A stretch of 64,000 nt of DNA from Patescibacteria group bacterium (GCA_038065515.1 JBBTQV010000016.1:5462-69461), one strand, 5' to 3'. Positions 1 through 9,441 are shown, numbered from the stretch's first letter. Program-made: numbers and translations. The notes: generated by a model not told the origin, from the sequence alone.

Positions 1-81
1 ATGCGCCTGTTCGTCGTAGGTGAGCGGACCCACAAGCGCAACGGCGGCGGCCACCAACGCGGTCACTGCAAGTGACTTCAA
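1..81 (-). CDS. partial CDS (5' end only, gene runs off the window); hydrophobic signal-peptide-like N-terminus
   Basis: Minus-strand reading LKSLAVTALVAAAVALVGPLTYDEQAH continues past position 1. Possible TTG start at 79-81. No ORF-track support. Confidence 0.2.
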   Translation of the reverse strand, partial: MKSLAVTALVAAAVALVGPLTYDEQAH

Positions 82-225
82 AAATATTTTTCGCGCCTTG
101 CCTTTACGGCCGCGCAACCACGCGAAAGATTTTGTAATCCATGGAAGTGTCATGCTTCTATATTGTACCAAAAAAAGAATATGCTACACTGTTTTCCGTC
201 GTTCATTCACAGAAAGGAAACCGAA

Positions 226-1086
226 ATGAAGCGGTTGCTCGTCGTTTTTGCCGTCCTCGCTTTGTTCGTCGTTATGCCCTCCCCCGTCATCGCGGAAGGA
301 CCGTCGGTGCAGGCATCGTTCAACATGCCACCGCACGACCCGTTCCGAGTACCCCTGAACATCGCGCCGCTGAACTGGGAACGCCACTACCGAATCCTCG
401 GGACTGGGACGCTTGATCGTCCGCTGTCCGGCACCAGTTCTGCGCAACCGACGGACTATACCGGCACTACCATGAGCGCCCAAGTCACGGTCATGGACGA
501 TGGCTTCCGGCTCGCGTTGGACTGGGAGCGCTCTCGGATTGCGTCCGTCCGCATCGACAGCGAGATGCTCTATCAACCAAAACTCGAGACGCTCGACTGC
601 ATCGCCCTGCCCTGTTCTCCGAAGTTGGTACAGCGCATCGATGACCGGACGGTCGCGGATCGCATTCATCACGATGCGTTCAGCCTCGGCATTTCATATG
701 ACCCGCTGAAGGACACCAAGAATTTCGTTCTGGCGCCCGGAATCGGGGTGCAGTTGTGGAGCGTGCGTGTCGTCGAAAACACCGAATACACCAAGGCGCG
801 GATGATATCTCCTGTCATCGGTTTCGGCCCCACGCGACTCGAGATTCTCCAGCACGATGTGAACCGCAACGAGACGACTCTGAACCGCTTCCTGCCGTTC
901 CTCTCGATTGACGGCCAGTGCTGGCCGTGGGGCAAACACCATAGTACAGGACTCGTCCTGCAGGCCCGCTACATCGCAGGTAGCGCATCGCAAGACCCCA
1001 CCGCGTCCTCGCTCACCGAGACATACGCGGTTCCCATCCGACAGAACCACTGGCAAGGCCGCGTCGGCCTCGCAGTCGCGTTCTAG
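226..1086 (+). CDS. hypothetical secreted protein (signal peptide MKRLLVVFAVLALFVVMPSPVIAEG)
   Basis: ORF 163..1086. Start refined to ATG 226 after AAAGGAA. Cleavable-looking signal peptide. No family recognised. Confidence 0.55.
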   Translation: MKRLLVVFAVLALFVVMPSPVIAEGPSVQASFNMPPHDPFRVPLNIAPLNWERHYRILGTGTLDRPLSGTSSAQPTDYTGTTMSAQVTVMDDGFRLALDWERSRIASVRIDSEMLYQPKLETLDCIALPCSPKLVQRIDDRTVADRIHHDAFSLGISYDPLKDTKNFVLAPGIGVQLWSVRVVENTEYTKARMISPVIGFGPTRLEILQHDVNRNETTLNRFLPFLSIDGQCWPWGKHHSTGLVLQARYIAGSASQDPTASSLTETYAVPIRQNHWQGRVGLAVAF

Positions 1087-1092
1087 TAGTAA

Positions 1093-1122
1093 CGACCCCG
1101 CCCCGGCGGGGTCGACTTTTTT
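1093..1122. terminator. rho-independent terminator (bidirectional)
   Basis: cgaccccgcc/ggcggggtcg 10-bp stem followed by TTTTTTA. Sits between convergent genes. Confidence 0.6.
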
Positions 1123-1810
1123 ACCGAGAAGAGTACCGGCGAATCCACGAACCCATGACGACCGCGATAACGACCAACAGGACACCCAGTGCGACCGCCG
1201 TAGTCCATTCCATATAATGATATGCGCGCCAGGATATCAGACCGTCCATACCCCACAGCATGAGCGCCGATGCGGTCAGCAATGATGCCGTCCATGCGCT
1301 ATGTCGGCGCATCGCAATGATCGCACAAACCAACAACAACGCCCCAGCCGCGGCGGCAATAATCAGCTGATCCAGCGGTGCAAGCGCATTATGCGCCACC
1401 AAACCGGAAGCATACGAACCGACGAAACCGAACAACGCAATCAGCGCCAACAACGATAGTGTTCTGCCGAACCAATGGTGCCGCTTCGGCGCGGAAATCT
1501 CGTGATCGGGACCAAGCGTACCGGAGGGCAGTTGCTCCTGCATCCCAAGCGCGCCGGTAGACGCAAGCGTCGCCTCGATGCTGTGTACCCGTGTCGCCAG
1601 ATGAGCGACCATCCCACGCACCTGCGCCAAATCTTCGTGAATCGACGCGCCGGGCGTTGCCGGATGCAAACCGGCGGCAACATCATGCAAAGCGTTGTTG
1701 ATGTCCGACTCGTGCCACCCCGCTTCCATCAGCGACACGCGCAAATTCTCGGCGGTAACGCCTTGTTGAGTCTGCTCCCGAATGTAGTCAACGAGTTCAG
1801 AATCCGCCAT
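1121..1810 (-). CDS. membrane protein with conserved ~40-aa N-terminal cytoplasmic domain (..VDYIREQ..G.T...L...L.EAGW...DI..AL..) and 4-5 TM helices
   Basis: ORF 1121..2098 overlaps the glycosylase gene. True start is the ATG at 1810 (MADSELVDYIREQ). Hydrophobic C-terminal half. N-terminal domain is paralogous to the 7929..8234 product. Confidence 0.5.
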   Translation of the reverse strand: MADSELVDYIREQTQQGVTAENLRVSLMEAGWHESDINNALHDVAAGLHPATPGASIHEDLAQVRGMVAHLATRVHSIEATLASTGALGMQEQLPSGTLGPDHEISAPKRHHWFGRTLSLLALIALFGFVGSYASGLVAHNALAPLDQLIIAAAAGALLLVCAIIAMRRHSAWTASLLTASALMLWGMDGLISWRAYHYMEWTTAVALGVLLVVIAVVMGSWIRRYSSR

Positions 1811-1832
1811 GTACCTTTTTATTGTACCATTG

Positions 1833-2663
1833 TCAGCGCAAGGACCAATGCGGATTGTGCACACACCATGCATGCGCACAGCGAGCCACAAACCCTTCCC
1901 GTTCCAATTTTTCCATAACCACTTTGATTTCTTTGGGTGGCTTACCCGTCGCGGCGGCAATGGCCGAGGCGACCATCCGGGCTTGCGACACCAGAACGCG
2001 GACAACCGCACCACGCAATTGCCTCTGCGAGCCTTCAAACGCCGACTGTCGCGTGTAGTGCTTACTTCGGGTATTGGGATTTTCCGCCTGCGTCGCAAGC
2101 CACGAGCCGTAATCCATCAGCGCGCTGTACCAATCCCTAGGAGAACTGACGGATAGCGAATGGCGAATAACGATTGGGAGAATATCCGAATCGGGAACCT
2201 TTCGCCGTTTCGGAAAGAAGTGGTGGAGATAGACGCGTCGGATATTCGTTTCGATCACCGGCACCGGTCGGTCGAATGCAAACGCCAGCACTGCACCCGC
2301 CGTGTACGGCCCGATGCCGGGCAACGCTCTTAATGCTTCATAGTCGTCCGGCAATTTGCCTTTATATTCATCTGCCGCAACCTTTGCACACCGGAGCAAC
2401 ATCAACGCCCGGCGATTGTATCCCAAACCTTGCCACACCCTCAGCACGGAAGCCGGTGTCGCACGAGCCAAAGCGCGAAACGAAGGAAACGCGCGGAGAA
2501 ACGAACGATAAAAGTCGATAACGCGGATCACCTGCGTCTGTTGCAACATGACTTCGCTCACGAGAATGCGATACGGATCGGTCGTGCGTCGCCACGGCAA
2601 ATCATGCCGACCGTGCCGGTGCCAGTAGCGCATCACCATTGCTTTGAATGTTTTTTCTTCCAC
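1833..2663 (-). CDS. mutY: HhH-GPD DNA glycosylase, MutY-like (A/G-specific adenine glycosylase family), no Fe-S cluster loop
   Basis: Motifs MLQQTQV, WQGLGYNRRA and LPGIGPYTAGAVLAFAF (HhH-GPD). No C-x6-C-x2-C-x5-C cluster and no NUDIX-like C-terminal domain. Confidence 0.7.
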   Translation of the reverse strand: MEEKTFKAMVMRYWHRHGRHDLPWRRTTDPYRILVSEVMLQQTQVIRVIDFYRSFLRAFPSFRALARATPASVLRVWQGLGYNRRALMLLRCAKVAADEYKGKLPDDYEALRALPGIGPYTAGAVLAFAFDRPVPVIETNIRRVYLHHFFPKRRKVPDSDILPIVIRHSLSVSSPRDWYSALMDYGSWLATQAENPNTRSKHYTRQSAFEGSQRQLRGAVVRVLVSQARMVASAIAAATGKPPKEIKVVMEKLEREGFVARCAHAWCVHNPHWSLR

Positions 2664-2708
2664 TCGATGCAGTATAAAAGAGAACAGGGCTCTTGCGAGC
2701 CCCGCGAA

Positions 2709-3173
2709 TCACCGCCACCATGTGTCAGGGAGGTCCAGAATTGCAATGCGCAACTCCCGCCCCCGTTCGCGCTCCCATGAGGCACCGACCGAACCCTGCC
2801 AACCGGGCATGAAGTACATGACATGGATTAAGCGGGTACGGAACAACGGCAGGTAAAACTCATTCAGCAATTGCGCACCGCTGTCACCGCGCTTTGAGTG
2901 CTTTATTTCAAAAAGAGCGTTCTCGAACGGCAACTGGTTGAACACGACCAGTCTTCGGCACCGTAGGTACTCGATGGCGCACCAGAAGTGTGCTAGGTTT
3001 GCTTCAGTGCTCCCCAGCCCGCCCGATGTGATGGGCCCGCACACGATACCCACTGGAGGCGGCATACGCGCCGCAATGCGACAGGCAACCACAGAAAGCT
3101 CCCCAAACTCCGTCGCTTTCTCGACATCTGCGCAGTCTTCTTCCGTCCAGTACGGCTCGAGTGGTTCGCTCAT
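2709..3173 (-). CDS. hypothetical protein
   Basis: 154-aa ORF with coding-like composition. VCGPITSGGLGS motif, no confident family. Confidence 0.4.
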   Translation of the reverse strand: MSEPLEPYWTEEDCADVEKATEFGELSVVACRIAARMPPPVGIVCGPITSGGLGSTEANLAHFWCAIEYLRCRRLVVFNQLPFENALFEIKHSKRGDSGAQLLNEFYLPLFRTRLIHVMYFMPGWQGSVGASWERERGRELRIAILDLPDTWWR

Positions 3174-3267
3174 AAGCTCCCCCTTCCTTCAATGAACAAC
3201 CCACGCAAGAGCGTATCACTACTTCCGCGAAGCGGAAAGTAGGCACGCCCCTTGCATCGGAGCCTCG

Positions 3268-3723
3268 TTGTTTTACAATCGATGTATGAGCGAATCTTTT
3301 TTGCGCGAAAGCTGGCAGCGCGTAGCCGAGCAAGAGCAGGAAGTTACCCCTGAAATGCGTGATTTGGAGCTCTATTTTGACATCCGCGAGCGGAGCGATG
3401 GAAATGAAAAAATAAAAGCAATCATGGATCGCCTCGACCACGATATCGCACAGTACACGGAGGCTCTTTTTCGTAGTGAGCGTGAATGGGTTCGTCGGGA
3501 ACGCGGAAGTGGCGACAACAGCTCCATTGAGGCTTCCGACCGAAACCGTCGAATACTCCACGATTCGCTCATAGATACACTCAATCAACTCTCACGCGCA
3601 TACCGAACGGCGGGACTTGACAACAAATGGCGAAATATGCTAGGATTAGACCGTGACCGCTTAGCACTTTGGGCTATGACGATTGCGCGCCAAGTCATGC
3701 GCACGGAGGAACCACTATCATGA
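3268..3723 (+). CDS. hypothetical protein
   Basis: 151-aa ORF (possible start MSESFLRE at 3286). Its stop overlaps the next start (ATGA at 3720). Confidence 0.45.
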   Translation: MFYNRCMSESFLRESWQRVAEQEQEVTPEMRDLELYFDIRERSDGNEKIKAIMDRLDHDIAQYTEALFRSEREWVRRERGSGDNSSIEASDRNRRILHDSLIDTLNQLSRAYRTAGLDNKWRNMLGLDRDRLALWAMTIARQVMRTEEPLS

Positions 3724-4001
3724 CCACGCAGGAGTTACGAGATCTGTGCCTTACCGACAGTCGCCTCAAGCCATCCTGGCTGAACTTATGGGATGCCATG
3801 CTGGCGGTTGCCGAGGTTCGCACTCGGGTCGCGTTCGCCAAACATGCAAAAAAGCTTCCCGAGCCCATCGATGAGTCGGAACTCGTGCGGTTGATGAAGC
3901 GCTTCCATTCACAGCGCAGCACCTTCATCGACGCCGCGCGACAAAACAACATCTCCACAAAGCCGCCGACACTGGACGAGCTCATTGAGATTGCTACCTG
4001 A
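3720..4001 (+). CDS. hypothetical protein
   Basis: MTTQELRDL... ATG at 3720 overlaps the upstream stop (translational coupling). Confidence 0.4.
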   Translation: MTTQELRDLCLTDSRLKPSWLNLWDAMLAVAEVRTRVAFAKHAKKLPEPIDESELVRLMKRFHSQRSTFIDAARQNNISTKPPTLDELIEIAT

Positions 4002-4013
4002 TTCACCCCGAGA

Positions 4014-4607
4014 TCACTCTCGGGGTTTCGTTTTCTGTACAAAGAATCTCGCAAGCGGTTCGTCGGAGTGGTTCTTCTTCCTTGCGGGTGAGTACATCCG
4101 ACCGTACTCAATGATGCGATAGGTCAGTGCGGGCCATTCTTTTTTTGGGAACAGTTTCATCAAATCGCGCTCGACTTCCGTGGCGTTTTTCCCGGTGCTT
4201 AAGCCCCATTGCCGCGCAAACCGGAGTACATGGGTGTCCACGGCTATTCCCTCCACCACGCCGTACACCGTACCCAGGACGACATTGGCGGTCTTGCGGG
4301 CCACGCCGGGTAGCGTGAGCATTTCCCTCATCGTCCGCGGCAGTTTGCCGCCGAATTTTGTTTTGAGCATCTTGGCAGCAGCCAGAATATTTTTGGTTTT
4401 GTTGCGATAAAATCCGGTCTGATAAATATCGCGCTCAAATACGCGTGGTTTTGCTCTGACATAGTCGTCGAGCGCCCGGTATTTCCTGAACAGCGCCTTC
4501 GTGACCTCATTAACCTTCTTGTCTGTGCACTGTGCCGACAGTTGCACCGCGACCATGCACTCCCACGGGGTACGATACTGCAGCGCCATCTTCGCGCGCG
4601 GAAACAA
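4014..4607 (-). CDS. nth: endonuclease III (Nth) family DNA glycosylase/AP lyase, lacking the C-terminal 4Fe-4S cluster
   Basis: LSAQCTD and LPGVARKTANVVLG (HhH) then VDTHVLR. TTG start. Upstream in-frame AAEILRILKRL also resembles the Nth N-terminus but has no start codon. No Cys cluster. Confidence 0.75.
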   Translation of the reverse strand: MFPRAKMALQYRTPWECMVAVQLSAQCTDKKVNEVTKALFRKYRALDDYVRAKPRVFERDIYQTGFYRNKTKNILAAAKMLKTKFGGKLPRTMREMLTLPGVARKTANVVLGTVYGVVEGIAVDTHVLRFARQWGLSTGKNATEVERDLMKLFPKKEWPALTYRIIEYGRMYSPARKKNHSDEPLARFFVQKTKPRE

Positions 4608-4698
4608 CCGCTTCAGTATGCGCAGTATTTCCGCCGCCCGCCAGCTATTGTCTTTATGCGTCGTATGTGTTATACTTTGTATAGGAGGTTAGTTAGTA

Positions 4699-5003
4699 TG
4701 CCAAACTTAGACAATCTGCGCGACCACAGGCTATACTGCAATCCGAGCTGCAAAGGTCCTGTTCCCGCCACCGAAGCAAAGCGAAGCGGTGTCGCCGACC
4801 GTGAGAGAACCCGCAAGATCGTTCACGGAGCTGTCGAAGTGTTTCTGTCAGCAGTGCTCGACACTCCGGGTGACAAGCCCCTGGATGTGGAGCGACTCTG
4901 GGCCGAGGCCAAGCCCGTCGTCATCGAAGCCGCCCGCGAATATCGCGCCCGCGCCCGACAGCGATTCGCCGAAGACGCGGTGGCCACCGAGTCTCTTGGT
5001 TAG
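4699..5003 (+). CDS. hypothetical protein
   Basis: ATG 4699 preceded by strong SD TAGGAGG. The ORF track's longer 4542 start lacks an RBS. -10-like TATACT upstream. Confidence 0.5.
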
Positions 5004-5051
5004 CCCGCACTCTGTCACCCCGAAGTCCCGCCACGGCGGGGCTTCTCTTTT

Positions 5052-5342
5052 TTACATGTTCTGACCGCGGTCCATATTCTCAACTGGTTCGGGTGTCACA
5101 TCCTTCGGCTCCTGGTCACGCGCCACAGTGTCTTGTGCAGGGTCAATGGGCATAAGAACAACACCGACAATATACGCGAGAACCATCGGCCACCAACCGG
5201 AAAAGAACGCCACCGCGGCCATCAGTAACCGTATAAATATGACATCGACCTGCAGGTAATGCGCCAGCCCCGACCCGACCCCGAATACCAGGCCGTCTTT
5301 CGGAGAGCGGTACAATTTTTTGTTTTTCAGATGCTCAAACAT
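5052..5342 (-). CDS. PspC-domain membrane protein
   Basis: LYRSPKDGLVFGVGSGLAHYLQVD matches the PspC N-terminal domain, followed by a TM helix. Confidence 0.65.
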   Translation of the reverse strand: MFEHLKNKKLYRSPKDGLVFGVGSGLAHYLQVDVIFIRLLMAAVAFFSGWWPMVLAYIVGVVLMPIDPAQDTVARDQEPKDVTPEPVENMDRGQNM

Positions 5343-5352
5343 AATGGCGTTG

Positions 5353-5568
5353 TTATGATTCCGGCTCTTCCAAATCTCGTTTGAGCTCCTCGAATTCGTT
5401 TTCCACCTCTTTCAGACGCCCGCGGAGGTCTTTGATGAGTCCAGCGCCTTCGCGAACCCTTTTCAGGCCCTCCTCGACCTGCACCTCGGACTGCTCGTCA
5501 AACCATTCGATAATTTTCTCAAGTTTGCCCAGCGACTGCGAAATCGTTTCTTTATCTTCTTTTTTCAT
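5353..5568 (-). CDS. xseB: exodeoxyribonuclease VII small subunit
   Basis: 71-aa helical protein with the XseB pattern (LEKIIEWFDEQSEVQVEEGLKRVREG...LKEVENE), immediately downstream of xseA. Confidence 0.6.
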   Translation of the reverse strand: MKKEDKETISQSLGKLEKIIEWFDEQSEVQVEEGLKRVREGAGLIKDLRGRLKEVENEFEELKRDLEEPES

Positions 5569-5724
5569 AGATCTACTGTTTAATAATTTTCATAACGAAA
5601 TGCTAAGATTCTGAGCGAGGCGAAGTAAGAATTCTGAAGCATATCGGTTGATATGTCGAAGAATTATTATGAAGCCGTAGCCAGAATATGAGCATTGGAG
5701 TTGAAAGGTTATTGAACAGTAGGT

Positions 5725-6906
5725 CTATTGTTCAGATTGTAATTCTTTTACTTCGCTTGCGAAAGCCCCCTTTGCCAGACGGGTGTTAACGACCTGTCCG
5801 TGCCGCAACTGACTTGCCGAGCGGATGACCGCGCCTGCATCATCGGTCACGATGCTGTACCCGAGCCGGAGTTGTCGCTCCGGGCTCACCGCGACCAGCT
5901 GACGCTCTGCGGCATCAATTGTTTGCTGTATCTGTCCGATGACCTGTCCCACCCGTTGCATTGCAAGTGCGATGCGCTGTTGCAACCGCTGGCCCGCTCC
6001 CAAAATACGCTGCACAAATCCGTCCAACCGGTGCCACGCACCGTCGAGTCTGCCTTGTTCGGTATCGATAGCCCGCTCCATCGCATACAATAGCGTGTCC
6101 GCCTGACCCGAAATGTTACGAAGCCGATCCCACGATGCGTTGATGAGTATCGCGGTTGCTGTTGGCGTGCTGGCACTCGCATCGGCCGCCATCTGCGCCA
6201 GCGGCACATCGCGGTCATGACCGATGGAAATAATGGTAGGGACACGGGAAGCAAACACCGCCCGCACCACCAGCTCGTTGTTGAATGCCTGCAAATCTTC
6301 CATCGAGCCTCCCCCGCGAATAACCACCAGCACATCGATAGATTGCTTCCTGCGATTGAACGACCCGATTGCGGAGACAACTTGGTTCACTGCGGCCGCG
6401 CCTTCAACGCGCACATCACGGTGGTACACTTTCATGCCCAGCGCTGCCAGATTGCGCCGAAAATCGTCGATGACCGCACCGGTCTTACTGGTAATCAATC
6501 CGACCCGCGCAATGAATTCAGACAGCGCCCGTTTTCGTGCAAACAGCCCTTCTTCTTCAAGCTTTTTCTTCAGTGCTTCGTATGCCTTTTTCAGCGAGCC
6601 CTCCCCCACGGGTTCGAGTGTTTCCACCTTGAATGAGAATCTTCCTTTTGGTTTATAAATGGACGGAATACCACCGACTTTTACCTGCATACCGTCTTCG
6701 ATAACAATGCCCAGCCCCCGGTATGCATACGGACTCATATAGCAATCCATCACCCCGCCCGCTTCCGCATCTTTGAGCGAAAAATACATGCCGGTCGGAT
6801 GCGGCCGTGCACCGATGACCTCGCCTTGTACAAAAAAATCATGCGCTCCGAGAATCTCATTGATGAAATCCAAAAACTCGCCCACCGAGAATACGGCTGG
6901 CGGCAT
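5725..6906 (-). CDS. xseA: exodeoxyribonuclease VII large subunit
   Basis: Start refined to MPPAVFSVGEF (aligns with the E. coli XseA N-terminus). OB-fold then catalytic region GLITSKTGAVIDD...RGGGS. Confidence 0.85.
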   Translation of the reverse strand: MPPAVFSVGEFLDFINEILGAHDFFVQGEVIGARPHPTGMYFSLKDAEAGGVMDCYMSPYAYRGLGIVIEDGMQVKVGGIPSIYKPKGRFSFKVETLEPVGEGSLKKAYEALKKKLEEEGLFARKRALSEFIARVGLITSKTGAVIDDFRRNLAALGMKVYHRDVRVEGAAAVNQVVSAIGSFNRRKQSIDVLVVIRGGGSMEDLQAFNNELVVRAVFASRVPTIISIGHDRDVPLAQMAADASASTPTATAILINASWDRLRNISGQADTLLYAMERAIDTEQGRLDGAWHRLDGFVQRILGAGQRLQQRIALAMQRVGQVIGQIQQTIDAAERQLVAVSPERQLRLGYSIVTDDAGAVIRSASQLRHGQVVNTRLAKGAFASEVKELQSEQ

Positions 6907-6916
6907 ATTGGGACGG

Positions 6917-7921
6917 TTACCGAATAGTGGTTCTTGAGTCATGAATGGCCACTTGATACTGGTTCGAAATATCCACAGGAATTTGGGAAACATCGGCGAT
7001 GCGGCCGCCCGTAACGGTCACCACCAACAACAACCCTTTGCGTGTCTCTTCCGAAAAGTTCTGGTCAAAAACGAAATTACCCAACGAATACGCTATCCAT
7101 TTCCCTCCGTAGCGCTCTACATCTTGTACCACATGCGGATGCGTGCCGACAACAAGATCGGCTCCCGCATCGATAATCGCGTGGTACATCCGCCCTTGCA
7201 CAGCATTATGCAGTAATTCATATTCCGTGCCCGAGTGAACGGAAACCACCACGACATCCGCCATCGTACGCGCCCGAGCTACATCTTCTTTCATCCGCTG
7301 TTCATCCCAGATGTTAGCGCCGGAATGACTGGCGAGAGCTCCGGCGGAAGCGGGCAGCAGATCGGTATACGCGAGATACGCAATGCGCGCCCCTCGCACG
7401 GTGCGCACGACCGGCAAGCGCGCCTCTGCGGCATTTCTGCCTCCGCCGACCGCGCTGATGTCATTGACGGCTAGGTAACCGAGCGTATCGGTGAACGCCT
7501 GTGGTCCGAAGTCCCAGATGTGATTATTTGCCACCGACAACACATCGAAACCGGCATTCACCAGCCCAACAACGGCCTTCGGGTCGGCACGGAAGCAAAA
7601 ACCGCAACCGTTTTTTGCGCCACGGGTCGAAACGGTAGTCTCGAGATTTGCAAACGCGAGATCGGCAGATGCGGTCACTGAAGCGATGCGGGAGAACGGC
7701 CAGAGCCAGTCGCGCTTGGCGTTCATACTGTCACCCACCGAACGCGACAGCATGATGTCGCCTGCAAACAGGAGCATCACCGGTTGCGCGTCGCGGACAA
7801 TCGGCATCGGCGTGGTGCCCGCAACAATCCGCACAGTGCGCGTGCCGAGAGGATACAAAACGACGGCCCATGCGGAGGCCGCCAACAGCAGGACGATCAC
7901 AATTACTTGCCAGTGCTTCAT
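6917..7921 (-). CDS. capA: CapA/PgsA-family metallophosphatase (poly-gamma-glutamate/capsule synthesis protein family)
   Basis: MKHWQ... signal anchor, then DIMLSR, GTHPHVVQ and GNFVFDQ metallophosphatase motifs. Confidence 0.75.
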   Translation of the reverse strand: MKHWQVIVIVLLLAASAWAVVLYPLGTRTVRIVAGTTPMPIVRDAQPVMLLFAGDIMLSRSVGDSMNAKRDWLWPFSRIASVTASADLAFANLETTVSTRGAKNGCGFCFRADPKAVVGLVNAGFDVLSVANNHIWDFGPQAFTDTLGYLAVNDISAVGGGRNAAEARLPVVRTVRGARIAYLAYTDLLPASAGALASHSGANIWDEQRMKEDVARARTMADVVVVSVHSGTEYELLHNAVQGRMYHAIIDAGADLVVGTHPHVVQDVERYGGKWIAYSLGNFVFDQNFSEETRKGLLLVVTVTGGRIADVSQIPVDISNQYQVAIHDSRTTIR

Positions 7922-7928
7922 CCTTGCA

Positions 7929-8234
7929 TCAATAATACGAGAGTAACAGATACCCGATAAAGCCGATTGCGAATGATACTGCGGCAACCGCAATCAGATG
8001 CGGATCATAACTGCGCGGCGCAATGCGTTCTGCCACTGAAGGGCGGGGTGCCACAGGCACAGGTTCGCAGATTACGGTCTCTTTCGGGGTAGTAATTTTG
8101 CGATACAACTCCATTGCATCCTGAATGTCCACCTTATACCATCCCGCCTTGTGCAAGCGCTCAATAATATCGGCGTCGCTTGCGTCACATCCTTTCGCCT
8201 TGCGAATAAACTCCAAAAGCGCGTGATAAGTCAT
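7929..8234 (-). CDS. small membrane-anchored protein with N-terminal domain paralogous to the 1121..1810 product
   Basis: ALLEFIRKAKGCDASDADIIERLHKAGWYKVDIQDAMELY aligns with the N-terminus of the 1121..1810 protein. C-terminal TM helix. Confidence 0.45.
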   Translation of the reverse strand: MTYHALLEFIRKAKGCDASDADIIERLHKAGWYKVDIQDAMELYRKITTPKETVICEPVPVAPRPSVAERIAPRSYDPHLIAVAAVSFAIGFIGYLLLSYY

Positions 8235-8274
8235 ACATCTATCATATCACAGCAAACGCGTATATGATGTGCAC

Positions 8275-8991
8275 ATGCGCATCCAGAAATATATGTCCGA
8301 GCAAAGCATGGCATCCCGGCGTGAAGCCGAACGGCTTATCAAGCGAGGCCTGGTCTCGGTCAACGGCACGGTCGTGCGCGAAATGGGTGTACAAATCGAC
8401 CCCGCCAAAGATACGGTGGAAGTTCTTCCGTTCGCGAAGAAAGAAATGACCGCCAAACAAACCATTGCTCTCTACAAACCCCGCGGCATCGCGTCATCGC
8501 GAGTCCGTGCCGAGGGCACATCGGTGTACGATCTCTTCCCGAAATTTTCCGGCCTCGATATCGTCGGGCGGCTGGATAAAGCAAGTGAGGGCCTTCTGAT
8601 GCTGTCCGACGACGGCGTGATCGCCAAAGCCGTGACCGGTGCGGCGCATGTGGTGGAAAAAGAATACGAGGTTGCGGTGCGCGAAGAGGTCAATGCCGGT
8701 CGTTTGAAGATGTTAGAACCGGGCATTGAACTCGAAGACGGCATGACACTGCCGGCGAAAACGCACTTCATCAACAAGCATCTCTTCCGGATTGTCTTAC
8801 GCGAGGGGCGCAAGCATCAGATTCGGCGGATGTGTGAGTTCCTGCACCTCACCGTTGTGTACCTCAAGCGTCTCCGTATCGGTCCGGTCGTGTTGAGCGG
8901 TCTGAAGCCGGGCGAATACCGCCTGCTTACTCCGCAGGAGATAGCGCTGTTGAAACGGTCAGTTTCTAATTCGCCAAAACCCCGATCTTAA
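8275..8991 (+). CDS. rsuA: rRNA pseudouridine synthase, RsuA/RluB family (S4 domain + catalytic domain)
   Basis: S4 motif SRREAERLIKRGLVSVNG. Catalytic GRLDKASEGLLMLSDDG with Asp. KHQIRRM. Confidence 0.85.
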   Translation: MRIQKYMSEQSMASRREAERLIKRGLVSVNGTVVREMGVQIDPAKDTVEVLPFAKKEMTAKQTIALYKPRGIASSRVRAEGTSVYDLFPKFSGLDIVGRLDKASEGLLMLSDDGVIAKAVTGAAHVVEKEYEVAVREEVNAGRLKMLEPGIELEDGMTLPAKTHFINKHLFRIVLREGRKHQIRRMCEFLHLTVVYLKRLRIGPVVLSGLKPGEYRLLTPQEIALLKRSVSNSPKPRS

Positions 8992-9394
8992 ATCCTGCAA
9001 GTTCGTTTGCAGGTTTTCGCGCACCACCGTGCTGACCGTTGTATAAAGCCGATCCATCAATCCCGCACAGCATCTCAATGGTACCCGCGCCTCCGGAGTG
9101 CGCATTGAAGAATGAGGTAACATCATACACTGCACCGTTGATAGCGGTCCAGCAGCTGGAGCGGGAGTTGTGTGCGGCAACCTGCGCCATTGTGTAATTT
9201 CCCGCAGGCAACGGTGTGGGAGTTTTTGAGACGACACCGCTTGGTGTCGGAGTAGAGGTCGGCACACCAACACCGCTCGGCGTTGGTGTCAGTCCGGTCG
9301 GCGTGGCTGCGGGACCTGGATTCGAACCAAGATATTCACCTCCAGAGGGTGACGGCCTACCGTTAGCCGATCCCGCAAAATGCGCAGAAATCAT
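8966..9394 (-). CDS. cytochrome b5-like heme-binding domain protein with Thr/Pro-rich linker
   Basis: C-terminus HNSRSSCWTAINGAVYDVTSFFNAHSGGAGT...LYNGQHGG matches the cyt-b5 fold with both His ligands. Preceded by TPTPSGVGVPTSTPTPSG linker. ORF-track start 9694 is unlikely; ATG 9394 chosen. Confidence 0.5.
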   Translation of the reverse strand: MISAHFAGSANGRPSPSGGEYLGSNPGPAATPTGLTPTPSGVGVPTSTPTPSGVVSKTPTPLPAGNYTMAQVAAHNSRSSCWTAINGAVYDVTSFFNAHSGGAGTIEMLCGIDGSALYNGQHGGARKPANELAGFKIGVLAN

Positions 9395-9441
9395 ACAACA
9401 AAAAAGACCAGTTTGCAATGGCCAAAAGCAACTCGCTGAAA

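Noticed and set aside
1811-2098. N-terminal 96 codons of track ORF 1121..2098
   Set aside because: Overlaps the well-supported MutY-like gene on the same strand in another frame. The internal ATG at 1810 gives a sensible start.
5886-6658. Several 140-165 aa ORFs on both strands inside xseA
   Set aside because: Shadow ORFs of a GC-rich gene with clear XseA homology in the annotated frame.
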